Virus record (IMG/VR): IMGVR_UViG_3300019872_000003
Location: 1-56,999 of that record
Source: a virus
Lineage: Duplodnaviria; Caudoviricetes
Direction: 5' to 3' (one strand)
Length of the DNA: 56,999 nt
Shown: positions 34,592 through 44,745 of the stretch, piece by piece
Position numbering within the stretch: the stretch's first letter is position 1
Layout: each line of letters starts with the position of its first letter
The notes under the pieces: model-generated
Database searches by the model: none
What the model was told of the DNA's origin: nothing
The model's input: only the letters and a program-made list of their open reading frames with translations
Made by a program: the position numbers and the translations under genes

Positions 34592-35514
34592 CTGACCGCC
34601 GACCTCTCCTCTCCTACCTCCGTGTTCAGCGGGGGTGGGAGAGGGAGGTCCTCTTCATCTTGAAGCGTGCAGCCGCACAGGCTGATGCAGACCTCCGCCG
34701 ACTTGACAAGCGAAGTGGGCCGGGTGCGCAGCTGAAGAGGGACCAGTTGCAGCTGGTCCGCCGCCGCCTCCTGAAGGACCAGGCGGACATGTGGCGACGG
34801 ATCGGTATGACCGTCCAGGCCGCTCGTGTTGAGGCCGCTGCCGCCGCGATAGAGACATCCTTCGTCTACGAGCGGCCACTCCTTCGAGCCGTGAAGATCC
34901 CGAAGGCCGACCAGGACGTCCTCCTCAGGTCCCAGGTCGCGCAGGCAGAGCGCAACGTCGCCAACGTCGTGACGAGGCACACCCTCTCGAAGATCCCGCT
35001 GAGCGAGCGGGTGTACAAGACGCAGGCGTTGAGCAACGGATGGCTCGACCGCGCCATCAACGACGCACTCGCGGCGGGCACGTCTGCTCGAGGGCTCGCC
35101 AAGAACGTGATGCAGTTCATCAGTCCCGACACACCGGGAGGCGCATCGTACGCAGCGATGCGGCTCGGACGCACCGAGCTGAACAACGCCTTCCATGCCA
35201 CGTCCGTGCAGCACTACAACGAGGTCCCGTGGATCGAAGGAGTGCAGTGGAGTTTGAGTGGGAGTCACCCGAGGCCCGACGAATGCAACGAATACGCAGA
35301 GAGCGAACACTTCCGTGGTGGCGACGCCGGCGTATTCAAGCCAGGCGACGTGCCAAGCAAGCCGCATCCCAACTGTCTCTGCTACATCTCCCCTGTCGAC
35401 CTGGGGGAAGACGAGTTCGTGAAGAACTTCGGCGCCGGCAAGTACGATGATCACCTCGATGAGGTCATGAGGAAGAGCGGCTACACCGAGGACTTCATCC
35501 GCGCCTCCCGATGA
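34588..35514 (+). CDS. MuF-like head morphogenesis / minor capsid protein
   Basis: RLGRTELNNA, W.LS.SH...DEC, PHPNCLC. Confidence 0.85.
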   Translation: MTDRRPLLSYLRVQRGWEREVLFILKRAAAQADADLRRLDKRSGPGAQLKRDQLQLVRRRLLKDQADMWRRIGMTVQAARVEAAAAAIETSFVYERPLLRAVKIPKADQDVLLRSQVAQAERNVANVVTRHTLSKIPLSERVYKTQALSNGWLDRAINDALAAGTSARGLAKNVMQFISPDTPGGASYAAMRLGRTELNNAFHATSVQHYNEVPWIEGVQWSLSGSHPRPDECNEYAESEHFRGGDAGVFKPGDVPSKPHPNCLCYISPVDLGEDEFVKNFGAGKYDDHLDEVMRKSGYTEDFIRASR

Positions 35515-35576
35515 TGTGATCCGGTTCTTTGATACCGTCTGCTCTTGAAGGTGTCCATCTGACCGGAGGTCAACAC

Positions 35577-36284
35577 ATGAGGCAGAGCCTCTCTCGCAAG
35601 TTCCACCCTAAGACGGGTGCACGCTTGCACCCCATCTACACCGACAAGCACGGTCGCCACCGCTGGCCCATTCTTGGCGCTAGCGAGGACGACGACAGCA
35701 ACGACGGTGACGATGGTGACGGTACCGACGACTCGTCCGAGGACGACGGTGCTGACGACCAGGACGACAAGGACAAGCACAAGGGCAAGGACCCGCGTGT
35801 CAAGGAACTGTCGGACGAAGCCGCAGCGCGCCGCGTGGCGAACAAGAAGCTCCAGACGGAGCTCGATGAAGCCAAGAAGGCGCTGAAGGAGATCGAAGAC
35901 AAGGACAAGACGGAGGTCGAGCGATTGACCGCCGAGAACGTGGAGCTGAAGGCCAAGCTGGGTGAGAAGGACTCGTCCCTTCGCCAGCGGACGCTCGACA
36001 ACGCGTTCCTCGCAAGCGACAAGCACTCTTGGGCCAACCCCGAGACTGCGCTCAAGCTTGCGGATCTGTCCGAGGTCGAGATCGATGAGGACGGGAAGGT
36101 CACCGGCCTCGACAAGGCACTCGACAAGCTCGCGAAGTCTGACCCGTACCTTCTCAAGAAGGATGACGGGAACAACGGAGGCGGGGCAGGTTCTTCCGGT
36201 GGCGCTGTTGGCAGCGGCAAGGAGAAGGACAAGGGTGCGTTGGATCGGGAGAAGCTACAGCGTAAGTACCGCGTGCTGCGTTAG
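35577..36284 (+). CDS. Capsid scaffolding protein
   Basis: Acidic tract, EAAARRV coiled coil, PYL; GGAGG RBS; upstream of capsid genes. Confidence 0.85.
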   Translation: MRQSLSRKFHPKTGARLHPIYTDKHGRHRWPILGASEDDDSNDGDDGDGTDDSSEDDGADDQDDKDKHKGKDPRVKELSDEAAARRVANKKLQTELDEAKKALKEIEDKDKTEVERLTAENVELKAKLGEKDSSLRQRTLDNAFLASDKHSWANPETALKLADLSEVEIDEDGKVTGLDKALDKLAKSDPYLLKKDDGNNGGGAGSSGGAVGSGKEKDKGALDREKLQRKYRVLR

Positions 36285-36321
36285 CACGCGACTACACACA
36301 CAGAAGAGGTGAACCTCCCAG

Positions 36322-36717
36322 ATGTCACGTTACGACAAGTACGGCCCGAAGACCGGGGGTTTCCGTGCAGCCACTTCGATCGCATGGACGTCAGCTGACT
36401 TCGGCAAGATCTTCGGAGTCGGACTGAATGCGTCCGGGCAGATCGTCAAGGGTGCAGGGAACTCCGGGATCCTCGGAGTCTGCATCGTGACCGAGGCCAA
36501 GGCCATCGGCGCGATCCTGGACGTCATGACGGGTGGTGAGATCGTGGAGGCAACGCTGTCTGATGGCACCACCGCGATCGCTGCTGGCACGGCCGTGTAC
36601 TCGGTCCCTGCTGACGGCACGCTCACCGTCACCGCGACAGCGAACAAGAAGATCGGCTTCACGGTCGAGGCCACGCGCCTCGTCGTCCGTGTCGCCGGCT
36701 CCGGATTGGCGGCGTGA
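36322..36717 (+). CDS. Capsid decoration/cement protein
   Basis: Small Gly/Ala/Thr-rich protein between scaffold and MCP. Confidence 0.7.
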   Translation: MSRYDKYGPKTGGFRAATSIAWTSADFGKIFGVGLNASGQIVKGAGNSGILGVCIVTEAKAIGAILDVMTGGEIVEATLSDGTTAIAAGTAVYSVPADGTLTVTATANKKIGFTVEATRLVVRVAGSGLAA

Positions 36718-37964
36718 TGAGTACTCGCATCCGCAAGTCCCCGTTCGAGCTGCGGCTCGCATTCGCGCCCAACGCCTTCTCGATGAAGGCGATGCCGGGC
36801 CATGAGCTGGTGGACCTCAAGTCCCTCGGCCTCATCCTGCCGATGCAGGGTGGTGCGCTCGGCTACAACGATCAGGGCGGCGTCATCACGAAGACGTCGG
36901 ATGGTCGCGACATCAGCGGACTCTGGGATGAGTTCCAGAGCGTCGTTGCGATCTACAACGAGCGCCGCCAGAAGCTGGTGGATCTGCTGACGTACTCCGT
37001 CACGCAGAACATCGAGGACGTCCCGCAGCTTGCGTCGGACGACTTCGAGGAGGCATCGGAGTTCGGTGAGCCCAAGGGCATCCGCGCTGCGCTGACGTAC
37101 TTCTCGATGGCGTACGACTTCAAGTGGTACGACCTCGCCGCTCGCTTCACCTGGAAGTTCCTGGCCGAGGCCAGCGCTTCGCAGGTCGAGGCGATCCACC
37201 AGTCCGCTCTCGAGGCGGACTCCCGGCTGGTGTTCAAGAAGGTCATGTCGTCGATCTTCAACAACGTCACGCGCGGCGCGACCATCAACGGCCAGAACTA
37301 CAACGTGTACCCGCTGTACAACAACGACGGGACCATCCCGCCGCCGTACAAGGGCACGGTCTTCGACGGCACCCACACGCACTACCTGTCGAGCGGCGCT
37401 GCGCTGATCGACTCGGGTGACCTCGAGACGATGTACGGCCACCTCAAGCACCACGGCTACTCCATCGAGAACGGCACCACCGTTGTGGCGATGCTGAACT
37501 CGGTCGATGCCACCGAGGTGAAGAAGTTCCGCGCGAACGTCGTGAACAACAACTCCACGACCGCCGTGTACGACTTCGTCCCCGCCGTCGGGCAGCCCGG
37601 CCTCATCGTCCCCAACGTGAACGGCCTGCTGGGCAGCCAGCCGGCCAACACGTTCCAGGGATTCACGGTCATTGGTTCCTACGGGAACATCCTGATCGTG
37701 GAAGAGGACTACATCCCGGCTGGGTACGTCCTCATGTTCGGCTCGGGTGGTGACGGTGACCTCCAGAACGTGGTGGGCATCCGTGAGCACGCGAACCCCG
37801 AGCTCCGTGGCCTCCGTCTCATCGGCGGCGACAAGCAGGGTTACCCGCTGATCGACTCGTACTACAACCGTGGGTTCGGCACTGGCATCCGCCAGCGCGG
37901 TGCTGCGGTCGTGATGCGGATCTCGGCCAGCGCGTACGCCGTTCCCGCGGCATACAACGCCTGA
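36714..37964 (+). CDS. Major capsid protein
   Basis: Position, size, strong codon bias, FEEASEFGEP motif. Confidence 0.88.
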   Translation: MMSTRIRKSPFELRLAFAPNAFSMKAMPGHELVDLKSLGLILPMQGGALGYNDQGGVITKTSDGRDISGLWDEFQSVVAIYNERRQKLVDLLTYSVTQNIEDVPQLASDDFEEASEFGEPKGIRAALTYFSMAYDFKWYDLAARFTWKFLAEASASQVEAIHQSALEADSRLVFKKVMSSIFNNVTRGATINGQNYNVYPLYNNDGTIPPPYKGTVFDGTHTHYLSSGAALIDSGDLETMYGHLKHHGYSIENGTTVVAMLNSVDATEVKKFRANVVNNNSTTAVYDFVPAVGQPGLIVPNVNGLLGSQPANTFQGFTVIGSYGNILIVEEDYIPAGYVLMFGSGGDGDLQNVVGIREHANPELRGLRLIGGDKQGYPLIDSYYNRGFGTGIRQRGAAVVMRISASAYAVPAAYNA

Positions 37965-37978
37965 GGAGGCTGATCCAC

Positions 37979-38290
37979 ATGTCACGACAGATCGACCTCA
38001 CGGTCGAACTCTCGGACGAGGACCGCAAGTTCCTCGAGGAGCGTGCGGACTACGCCGCACTGCACCTCAACCGAGCACATCTCGAGGGTGCGGACTTCGC
38101 CGAGGGCACTGTCCTCGACGATGACCTGCACAAGGCCAATGGCGCACCGCCGGCGGACGACTCGGACCACCCGCCCAAGTCGGCTCTCAAGCCGGAGTGG
38201 GTGGAGTACGCGGTGTCCCAGGGCATGGATCCGCTCGACGCGGACAACATGACCAAGGACGAGCTCGTCGCCAAGTACACCGAGGCCTGA
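37979..38290 (+). CDS. Hypothetical protein with C-terminal HeH/LEM-like motif
   Basis: KPEWVEYAVSQG...MTKDELVAKY; GAGGAGG RBS. Confidence 0.65.
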   Translation: MSRQIDLTVELSDEDRKFLEERADYAALHLNRAHLEGADFAEGTVLDDDLHKANGAPPADDSDHPPKSALKPEWVEYAVSQGMDPLDADNMTKDELVAKYTEA

Positions 38291-38299
38291 CCCACGACG

Positions 38300-38345
38300 A
38301 GGCGGGCGCTGAAGAGGAGAAGGCTTCAGCGCCCGCCTTCCTTTC
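38300..38345 (+). terminator. Intrinsic terminator after the capsid genes
   Basis: AGGCGGGCGCTGAAG-9nt-CTTCAGCGCCCGCCT followed by TCCTTTC. Confidence 0.7.
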
Positions 38346-38360
38346 AAGAAGGAGCACAGT

Positions 38361-38687
38361 ATGGCAAAGGAGAATCGTCCTCTCCGCGCCTGTGACGTCT
38401 GCGGTCAGATCGATGATCACCCTCGTCACAGCTTCATCAGCGGGCCTGACGACCCGCTGCCCGTCGTCCACGATGACTTCCTCGAGGCAGTTCTTGCCAA
38501 CGAGGACATGACGCCCAAGGAACGGCGTGCAGCGTACGAAGTGCTGAACGACCGCGCCTGGCAGATGCGTCACATGGACTGCTGCCGTGCAGAAGGTTGC
38601 CCCACGGGTGACTGTGATCGTCTGCCCGATGGTCCGACCGGGAACGCCCTGCTCGCCATCATCCAGAAGGAGGGACCGTCCTCATGA
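38361..38687 (+). CDS. Cys/His-rich hypothetical protein
   Basis: CDVCGQIDDHPRH...RHMDCC..GC...C. Confidence 0.65.
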   Translation: MAKENRPLRACDVCGQIDDHPRHSFISGPDDPLPVVHDDFLEAVLANEDMTPKERRAAYEVLNDRAWQMRHMDCCRAEGCPTGDCDRLPDGPTGNALLAIIQKEGPSS

Positions 38688-39082
38688 CCTTCGACCAGAC
38701 AAACGTCATGCAGCCCACCCTCACCTGGGTGCACGGTGGTGCAGGTACGACCGCCTTCACGACGCCGATCAAGATGCGGCTGATGACAGCGGTCGGTTCC
38801 TCGACCTCGAACGGCACCGAGCTCGCGACGTCCGGTTCGTACGTCGCGCTGACCGGCATCACACCCACCTCGTGGGCCGCTGTGTCGGGCAACTCGCAGG
38901 CAACGAACACGGTGCTCTCCCAGACCAACATGCCGGCCACGACCATCACCGGCATCGAGCTGTGGGACAGCAACGGTACGCCCAAGCGCGTCGAGCTCGG
39001 CACGCTGACAGCATCACGCACGACCAGCTCGGGCGACACGCTGTCGTTCGCCTCTGGTGCCATCACGTCGTCGATGACGTAA
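38684..39082 (+). CDS. Virion appendage/fibre-base-like protein
   Basis: GTEL..SGSY...T.T.I.LWD...G......G.LTASRT...GDTLSF..GAI pattern. Confidence 0.6.
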   Translation: MTFDQTNVMQPTLTWVHGGAGTTAFTTPIKMRLMTAVGSSTSNGTELATSGSYVALTGITPTSWAAVSGNSQATNTVLSQTNMPATTITGIELWDSNGTPKRVELGTLTASRTTSSGDTLSFASGAITSSMT

Positions 39083-39094
39083 GACACCACAGAC

Positions 39095-39144
39095 GGGTGG
39101 TGGGTAGCCTTTCATCCCCCAAAGGTTACCCACCACTCTCTCTC
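39095..39144 (+). terminator. Stem-loop/terminator
   Basis: GTGGTGGGTAGCCTTT-8nt-AAAGGTTACCCACCAC followed by TCTCTCTC. Confidence 0.6.
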
Positions 39145-39162
39145 TCAGCTTGAGGAGGCGAT

Positions 39163-40437
39163 ATGTCGTCTTGGGTCAACCACGTCACCATCGCGATGCC
39201 TCGCAACGGCACCGTCAACAACACAGTCAACCCCGCATCAAGCGGGACTGTCGTCAACGGTTCGTACTTCACTCCGACCGCAGGGAACTTCCTGGTCTGC
39301 GTCGTTGAGGGAGGTGTCACGGCGACCACGCCCGCTGGATGGACGCTTAACACGAACTGCTCGGCCATCAACTTGACCGGCCTGTACGCCTTCATGAAGA
39401 CAGCGGCAGGATCAGACACACTCGTCACCGTGCACAACGGTTCCAACTACCCCGTGGTGTTCGACTTCTACGAGTACGCCGCTGGCACCACCTTCATCAA
39501 GGCCGCCACTGTCACTGGCGCGAACGTCGGAAGCGCGGCTCCCGGACTTGCCACACTGAGCGGTACGAACGTCTGCGTGATGAGTGCAGTCGGTGGTGCA
39601 CAAGGATCGGGCATCGGCGCCAACACGACAGTGTGGACCGGCCCGACCGAACAGGTCGACACCAACGCTCTCTTCTCGAGTACTGACGGCTACACGTACT
39701 CCGCTGCGTACCAGGACTCCTTCGGTTCGGCCACATGGTCTGGCAGCTCGGTAACCTCCGGTTCGTCTGCGGTACCGAGCATGGAGAAGCTCACATGGGC
39801 GCTCGATGTTGTCGTGGGTGTTCCCAACGGACCGGCCGTCAGCACGCTGACCGATGACTTCGTCTCGGGGATCGACGCGCTGAAGTGGAGCACGCCTCCC
39901 TCGTACATCACCGCACCGAGCGGGAAGCTCCTCGTGCAGGGCGACAGCAGCAACCCCCTGCTCTCGACGCTTACGGTGTACAACCTGCAGAACGACTCCT
40001 TCACTGTCGAGCTGAACCACGCATCGACGGACGCTGAGTCGTACCTGCGTTCGTTCTTCACTGCGAGCACGTCGTGGCAGGCCGAAGGCATGGACATGAT
40101 CGTCACCACGAGCGGTACCAACCTGCTGTGCAGGTACGGCACGGGCGTGGCGAATCCCTACTCCGATGTGAACATGCCGTTCAACCCGAACACCATGCGA
40201 TTCTTCCGCATCAGTGAGAAGGCGGGCAACCTGCTGTGGGAGACCTCACCTGATGGCAAGGCCTGGACCGTGCAGCGCGTGCAGCCCTGGGGACTCAAGC
40301 CGAACAGTGTCACTTTCGCCTTCATGGGGTACAAGGCGACGACAGCGACGGACATCACCGCATGGGACAACGTGAACCTGCCTGTCTTCGTTCCTCCTAT
40401 GGCAGTATCGACTCCGAACCGACACCGACGACCGTGA
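39163..40437 (+). CDS. Virion structural protein with lectin/beta-sandwich-like domains
   Basis: Thr/Ser/Gly-rich; TLTDDF...W, FFRISE..GNLLWETSPDG..W, WDNVN. Confidence 0.6.
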   Translation: MSSWVNHVTIAMPRNGTVNNTVNPASSGTVVNGSYFTPTAGNFLVCVVEGGVTATTPAGWTLNTNCSAINLTGLYAFMKTAAGSDTLVTVHNGSNYPVVFDFYEYAAGTTFIKAATVTGANVGSAAPGLATLSGTNVCVMSAVGGAQGSGIGANTTVWTGPTEQVDTNALFSSTDGYTYSAAYQDSFGSATWSGSSVTSGSSAVPSMEKLTWALDVVVGVPNGPAVSTLTDDFVSGIDALKWSTPPSYITAPSGKLLVQGDSSNPLLSTLTVYNLQNDSFTVELNHASTDAESYLRSFFTASTSWQAEGMDMIVTTSGTNLLCRYGTGVANPYSDVNMPFNPNTMRFFRISEKAGNLLWETSPDGKAWTVQRVQPWGLKPNSVTFAFMGYKATTATDITAWDNVNLPVFVPPMAVSTPNRHRRP

Positions 40438-40444
40438 GGCAACC

Positions 40445-41773
40445 ATGATCATCCTGACCGGGACCACTGACGTGCTCCGCATCGTCACTGCCGTCGCCGC
40501 TGACCTTGACGTTCACGTGTCGTGGCTTGACAACGTGGCAGGCGCGGTCACGCCGGGACGCACCAACACGATCATCACCACAGCGACCACCACGACGATC
40601 ACGGCTGCACCCGGTTCGAGCAATCAGCGGAACGTGAAGACGATCAACATCCGCAACGACCACGCCTCGCTCAACCAAACGCTCACTGCGCAGTTCTACG
40701 ATGGCACGACGGCCTACAACTTGATGATGGTGGTGCTGGCCCCAGGCGAGGCGCTCACCTTCGACGACACGGGCTGGCGTCGGTTCAACGCAGCCGGCGT
40801 CGAGATCGCTGGTGCGAACACCGGTGCCTCTGATGTGCAGGTCTTCGCCGCTTCGGGAACGTGGACGAAGCCGACGCAGTTCGTCCCCAAAGTCGTCCGC
40901 TCAGAAATCACCGGTGGAGGAGGAGGCGGTGGCGGTGGAGCTTCCCTCGCCACGGCTGTCGTCGCCAAGGGTGGCGGCTCAGGCGGAGGCGGTGCGTTCT
41001 CGGCAGCCTTGTACGTTGCGTCAGATCTCACAGCCACCGTCGCTGTCACGGTAGGTGCAGGCGGGTCCGCTGGCTCGGGTGGTACTGCAGGTGCAGCTGG
41101 TGGTGCGGGTGGCATCGGCGGTGTCTCGTCCTTCGGATCATACGCCAGCGCAGGTGGTGGTGGTGGCGGAGCGGGTGGTGCGATCTCAGCCGCCATCACG
41201 GGAGGTGGCGGAGGCGGATCGCCTCAGGCGAGCGGGACGTCAGGCTCAACATCTGCTGGTGCGGGCGGCAACCCCGCCGTTGCATCCGCAGCACTGGCGA
41301 TTCAAGGCGTCGGCGGAAGCGTCGCTGTCAGCACGATCCAGAACGCTGACTTCGGTGGCGGTGGTGGTGCAGGAATCGCCGCCACTCCGGTCGCTGGTTC
41401 CTCGGGAGGCGGATCGTCAAAGGGTGGCGGTGGCGGTGGCGCTGGAGGCTCGCACTCCGCGACTCCTGCCATCATCGCTGGCGGTGCAGGTGGAGCATCT
41501 GGTGCGTACGCTTCAGGTGGCGGTGGTGCGGTCGGTACTGACGGTGCAGCACCAACCGCTGGTGCAGCTGGCGCTGCGGGCAGCAGCACGCGAGGCGGAG
41601 CGGGCGGAGGCGGTGGTGGTACAACCATCACGGCCTCGACTGCGGGCGGCGCTGGAGGCGCTGGAGGCGCGGTCGGAGGAGGCGGTGGTGGTGGTGGTGT
41701 CGGCATGAACCCCGGCATCGGTGGTGCAGGTGGCGCTGGTGGCGCTGGCCTCGTTGTTGTGTACACCTGGTAG
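40445..41773 (+). CDS. Glycine-rich virion fibre-like protein
   Basis: QVFAASGTWTKP then extensive GGGGG/GGAG repeats, ending GLVVVYTW. Confidence 0.7.
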   Translation: MIILTGTTDVLRIVTAVAADLDVHVSWLDNVAGAVTPGRTNTIITTATTTTITAAPGSSNQRNVKTINIRNDHASLNQTLTAQFYDGTTAYNLMMVVLAPGEALTFDDTGWRRFNAAGVEIAGANTGASDVQVFAASGTWTKPTQFVPKVVRSEITGGGGGGGGGASLATAVVAKGGGSGGGGAFSAALYVASDLTATVAVTVGAGGSAGSGGTAGAAGGAGGIGGVSSFGSYASAGGGGGGAGGAISAAITGGGGGGSPQASGTSGSTSAGAGGNPAVASAALAIQGVGGSVAVSTIQNADFGGGGGAGIAATPVAGSSGGGSSKGGGGGGAGGSHSATPAIIAGGAGGASGAYASGGGGAVGTDGAAPTAGAAGAAGSSTRGGAGGGGGGTTITASTAGGAGGAGGAVGGGGGGGGVGMNPGIGGAGGAGGAGLVVVYTW

Positions 41774-41779
41774 GACTGA

Positions 41780-43333
41780 ATGACCCTCCGTCTGATCGGC
41801 GATCACGACCTGCTCATCGCAGGTTGGTTCGACGCTGCCTTCAAGACGGAGGGATGGTTCGACGAGAGCCTCGCACCAACCGCGGGTGGCGGTCCTGCCA
41901 CACTGAACGGTGCGGTCGCTGCAACGACGACCACAACACTCACCGTCGCCGGCACCACGGTCCGACCAGCCGCGGTCGGGATGTCGTCTGGCACTTCACT
42001 GGTCGTCGCTGGTGTCGCGGAGCGTGTCGCTGCCGTTGCGATGTCGACCACGACAGTTCTTGCGGCAGCCGCAGTCGTCTCGAAGGTGGCCGCGGTCGCC
42101 GCGTCGACAACGACGACACTGACGGTGGCGGGAGTCATCGAGAAGCAGGGTGCAGTCGCCGCCTCGACCGTCACGACCTTGACCGTTGCCGGCGTGCGCA
42201 CGACGGACGCGGTTGTCGCGTGCGCTACGGTGACAACCCTGACGGTTGCGGCTACCGTTACGGGCAGCTCGGCCGCCGCATCTGCGATGACGACAGCGAC
42301 ATCCCTGACGATCGCCGGCTTCGTCGCTGCAGCGGCTGCTGCAGGGATGACCACCACGACCAACCTGGTGATCGCAGGCGTTGTGGAGAAGGTCGGCGCG
42401 TCGGCCATGTCGACGGTGACGACGTTGACCGTTGCTGGGGTCGCTGTACTTCCAGCTGCAGTGGCTGCGACGACTGCAACGGCGCTGACAGTCGCTGGAG
42501 TCGCTGTTCGGGTCGCTGTAGTCACTGCAGTCACTGGAACGGCGCTGACAGTGGCTGGATACGTGGAACGGTTCGCCGCAGTTGCTGCGACCACACTGTC
42601 CACCCTCACAGTGGCTGGAGTGACGACTCGAGTGGCTGCAGTCGCTGCAGTCACTGGAACCGCACTTACAGTCGCTGCAGTCACGACCAGCAACGCGGCG
42701 GTCTCGGCATCCACGGTGACCATCCTGACCGTCGCTGGGATCGTCACGACGCCCGGATCTGATTCTTCCGCTATGACAACCACCACGACGCTTGTCATCG
42801 CGGGTGCCACGACACGTGTCGCAGTCGTTGCAGCCACCACAGTGACGACTCTGACTGTGGCGGGCGTTGCATCGAAGATCGGTGCGGTGGCGATGACGAC
42901 CGTCACCACCCTGACATCTGCTGTAACGGTGCTGAAGATCGGTGCATCGTCGATGACGACGAACACCGTCCTCACAGTCGCTGCGACAGTGACTGGTACC
43001 TCGGTGCAAGGCGCGGTAGCAGCGTCGACCAGCACCGCACTCACGGTCGCCGGGATCGTGTCACGCATCGGTGCAGCATCGATGACGACACAGACCGTGT
43101 TGACGGTCGGTGCGTTCGTCACTCGACGTGCAACCGTGACGATGAACACCGACACGGTGCTGTACGTCTCGTCTTCGATCGGATCCATGCCCATCGTCAC
43201 GAACGGAACGACACGATCGACCGGTGGCTACCCGGGAGCGACACTGACGGTGGGTGGACCGAGCCGCACGTCGTCCACACGTCGAGGAACGACACGGTCT
43301 TCCTATGGGCCGGCTACTGTAGTCATCGACTGA
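41780..43333 (+). CDS. Thr/Ala/Val-rich tandem-repeat fibre protein (~20-aa period, ~21 copies)
   Basis: Repeated xAVAAxTxTTLTVAGVxxxx. Confidence 0.7.
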   Translation: MTLRLIGDHDLLIAGWFDAAFKTEGWFDESLAPTAGGGPATLNGAVAATTTTTLTVAGTTVRPAAVGMSSGTSLVVAGVAERVAAVAMSTTTVLAAAAVVSKVAAVAASTTTTLTVAGVIEKQGAVAASTVTTLTVAGVRTTDAVVACATVTTLTVAATVTGSSAAASAMTTATSLTIAGFVAAAAAAGMTTTTNLVIAGVVEKVGASAMSTVTTLTVAGVAVLPAAVAATTATALTVAGVAVRVAVVTAVTGTALTVAGYVERFAAVAATTLSTLTVAGVTTRVAAVAAVTGTALTVAAVTTSNAAVSASTVTILTVAGIVTTPGSDSSAMTTTTTLVIAGATTRVAVVAATTVTTLTVAGVASKIGAVAMTTVTTLTSAVTVLKIGASSMTTNTVLTVAATVTGTSVQGAVAASTSTALTVAGIVSRIGAASMTTQTVLTVGAFVTRRATVTMNTDTVLYVSSSIGSMPIVTNGTTRSTGGYPGATLTVGGPSRTSSTRRGTTRSSYGPATVVID

Positions 43334-43344
43334 GGGAGTACACC

Positions 43345-44007
43345 GTGGACCGGTTCTGGATCAAGCGAGGCGATACGCGCCCCGTGCTGCGCTCGCTGCT
43401 GCTCGATGGCGACGGCAACGTGGTGAGCCTCGTCAACGCAACATCCGCACGACTGATCGCACGTGGCGAGAACGGGCAGCTCAAGACGCTCACGGGAACG
43501 ACGACGATCGAGCCTCCTGCGTCAGGCGGACACGTCGTCTACACATGGGGTGCGGGCGACACTGCGACACCTGGCGAGTTCTTCGCCGAGTTCGAGGTCA
43601 CGTGGTCCGATGCAGGTGTGCAGACGTTCCCCACTGCGGGTTACATCGAGCTGACGATCGCTGGTGACCTCGACAGCGCACTGCCCTTCACCATCGATGA
43701 CGTGGTGGAGCTGCGGCGCTTCTCTGGCGAGTACGGACGCACCTCCTTCTCCGACGCGGAGATGCAGTCATTCTTGCTTGGGCGCACGGGCGACTCGTAC
43801 GCTGCAGCGTTCGACATCTGGACGATGAAGGCAGCCGATGCCGCGCACTACGTCAACGTGTCGGAGGCTGGCGCCTCGAGGAGTCTCGGCGACCTGCAGG
43901 ATCATTTCCTCAAGATGGCGAAGTTCTACGAGAGCCGTAGCCCAACACTCATCACCGCAACGTCTGCCACTCGCGGTAGTCGGACACGTCCGATCGAGCG
44001 CCCATGA
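43345..44007 (+). CDS. BppU-like N-terminal domain fused to a head-to-tail adaptor
   Basis: IKRGDTRP...Y.W..GDT..PG.F.AEFEVTW.D...QTFPT; then ELRRFSGE...FSDAEMQ..L...AA..IW..KAA....VSEAGASRSL. Confidence 0.7.
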   Translation: MDRFWIKRGDTRPVLRSLLLDGDGNVVSLVNATSARLIARGENGQLKTLTGTTTIEPPASGGHVVYTWGAGDTATPGEFFAEFEVTWSDAGVQTFPTAGYIELTIAGDLDSALPFTIDDVVELRRFSGEYGRTSFSDAEMQSFLLGRTGDSYAAAFDIWTMKAADAAHYVNVSEAGASRSLGDLQDHFLKMAKFYESRSPTLITATSATRGSRTRPIERP

Positions 44008-44351
44008 GCGACTTGGAGGCACGTGCACTCGAAGGCTTCGTCGAGTACGATGCGGAGACGATCGTCCTCACGCCGTATGTGACAGCGAAGACAGTCACCG
44101 GTGGGTACGCATTGACCGTCGGCACTCCTCGGACAGGTCAGGTCTGCACCGTCATTCCGACGACACTGCGTGATCGACCTGTCGTTGCGATCGACGGGAA
44201 GAATCGTGACATCGAGCTGCACCTCGTCGCTCTCGAGCTGGACGTCGCTGTGCACGATCGCTTCACACGAGGAGGCATCACCTTCGAGGTGGTGAACGTC
44301 GTTCCTGACATCATGGGCGGCGTGCGAGCACTGGCGGCACGGCATGGCTAG
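44004..44351 (+). CDS. Head-to-tail stopper (probable)
   Basis: Position; DVAVHDRFT..G..FEVV. Confidence 0.6.
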   Translation: MSDLEARALEGFVEYDAETIVLTPYVTAKTVTGGYALTVGTPRTGQVCTVIPTTLRDRPVVAIDGKNRDIELHLVALELDVAVHDRFTRGGITFEVVNVVPDIMGGVRALAARHG

Positions 44352-44745
44352 TGGACACCACGTTGGGAAGCAGAAGAGCGGGTTCTACTGGAAGAGCGAC
44401 ACGCTCTCTGGTCCGCTGCGTACGTTCCCAGCCAAGGTGGAGCGAGCGATCGTCGCTGCAGTCGAGTACCACGCCACGAGAGCGGAGCGTTACGCCCGAA
44501 CGAACGCACCGTGGACGGACCGAACGAGCAATGCACGTAACGGTCTGTTCGTCGTTACAGAGCACGTGCCGTTCAAGACGCACAAGCTCACCCTCGCCCA
44601 CACCGTCGAGTACGGGATCTGGCTCGAGGTCAAGCAGGCGGGCAAGTACGCGATAATCCTGCCCACCATCGAGAAGACGGGACCTGAAGTGATGCAGACG
44701 TTGAGCAAACTCTTCAGCTCTCCCGGGATCAGGTTGTTCAAGTGA
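44344..44745 (+). CDS. HK97 gp10-like neck protein
   Basis: YARTNAPWTDRTSNARNGL, HTVEYGIWLE. Confidence 0.75.
   Translation: MASGHHVGKQKSGFYWKSDTLSGPLRTFPAKVERAIVAAVEYHATRAERYARTNAPWTDRTSNARNGLFVVTEHVPFKTHKLTLAHTVEYGIWLEVKQAGKYAIILPTIEKTGPEVMQTLSKLFSSPGIRLFK

Noticed and set aside
36330-37985. Long antisense or alternate-frame ORFs (also 20176-21744, 41803-43200, 5432-6634, 48121-49191)
   Set aside because: Shadows of high-GC3 coding genes; no motifs or RBS.
41900-43150. ~60-bp periodic repeats as a CRISPR array or DGR repeats
   Set aside because: Degenerate, in-frame protein repeats; no spacers and no reverse transcriptase.
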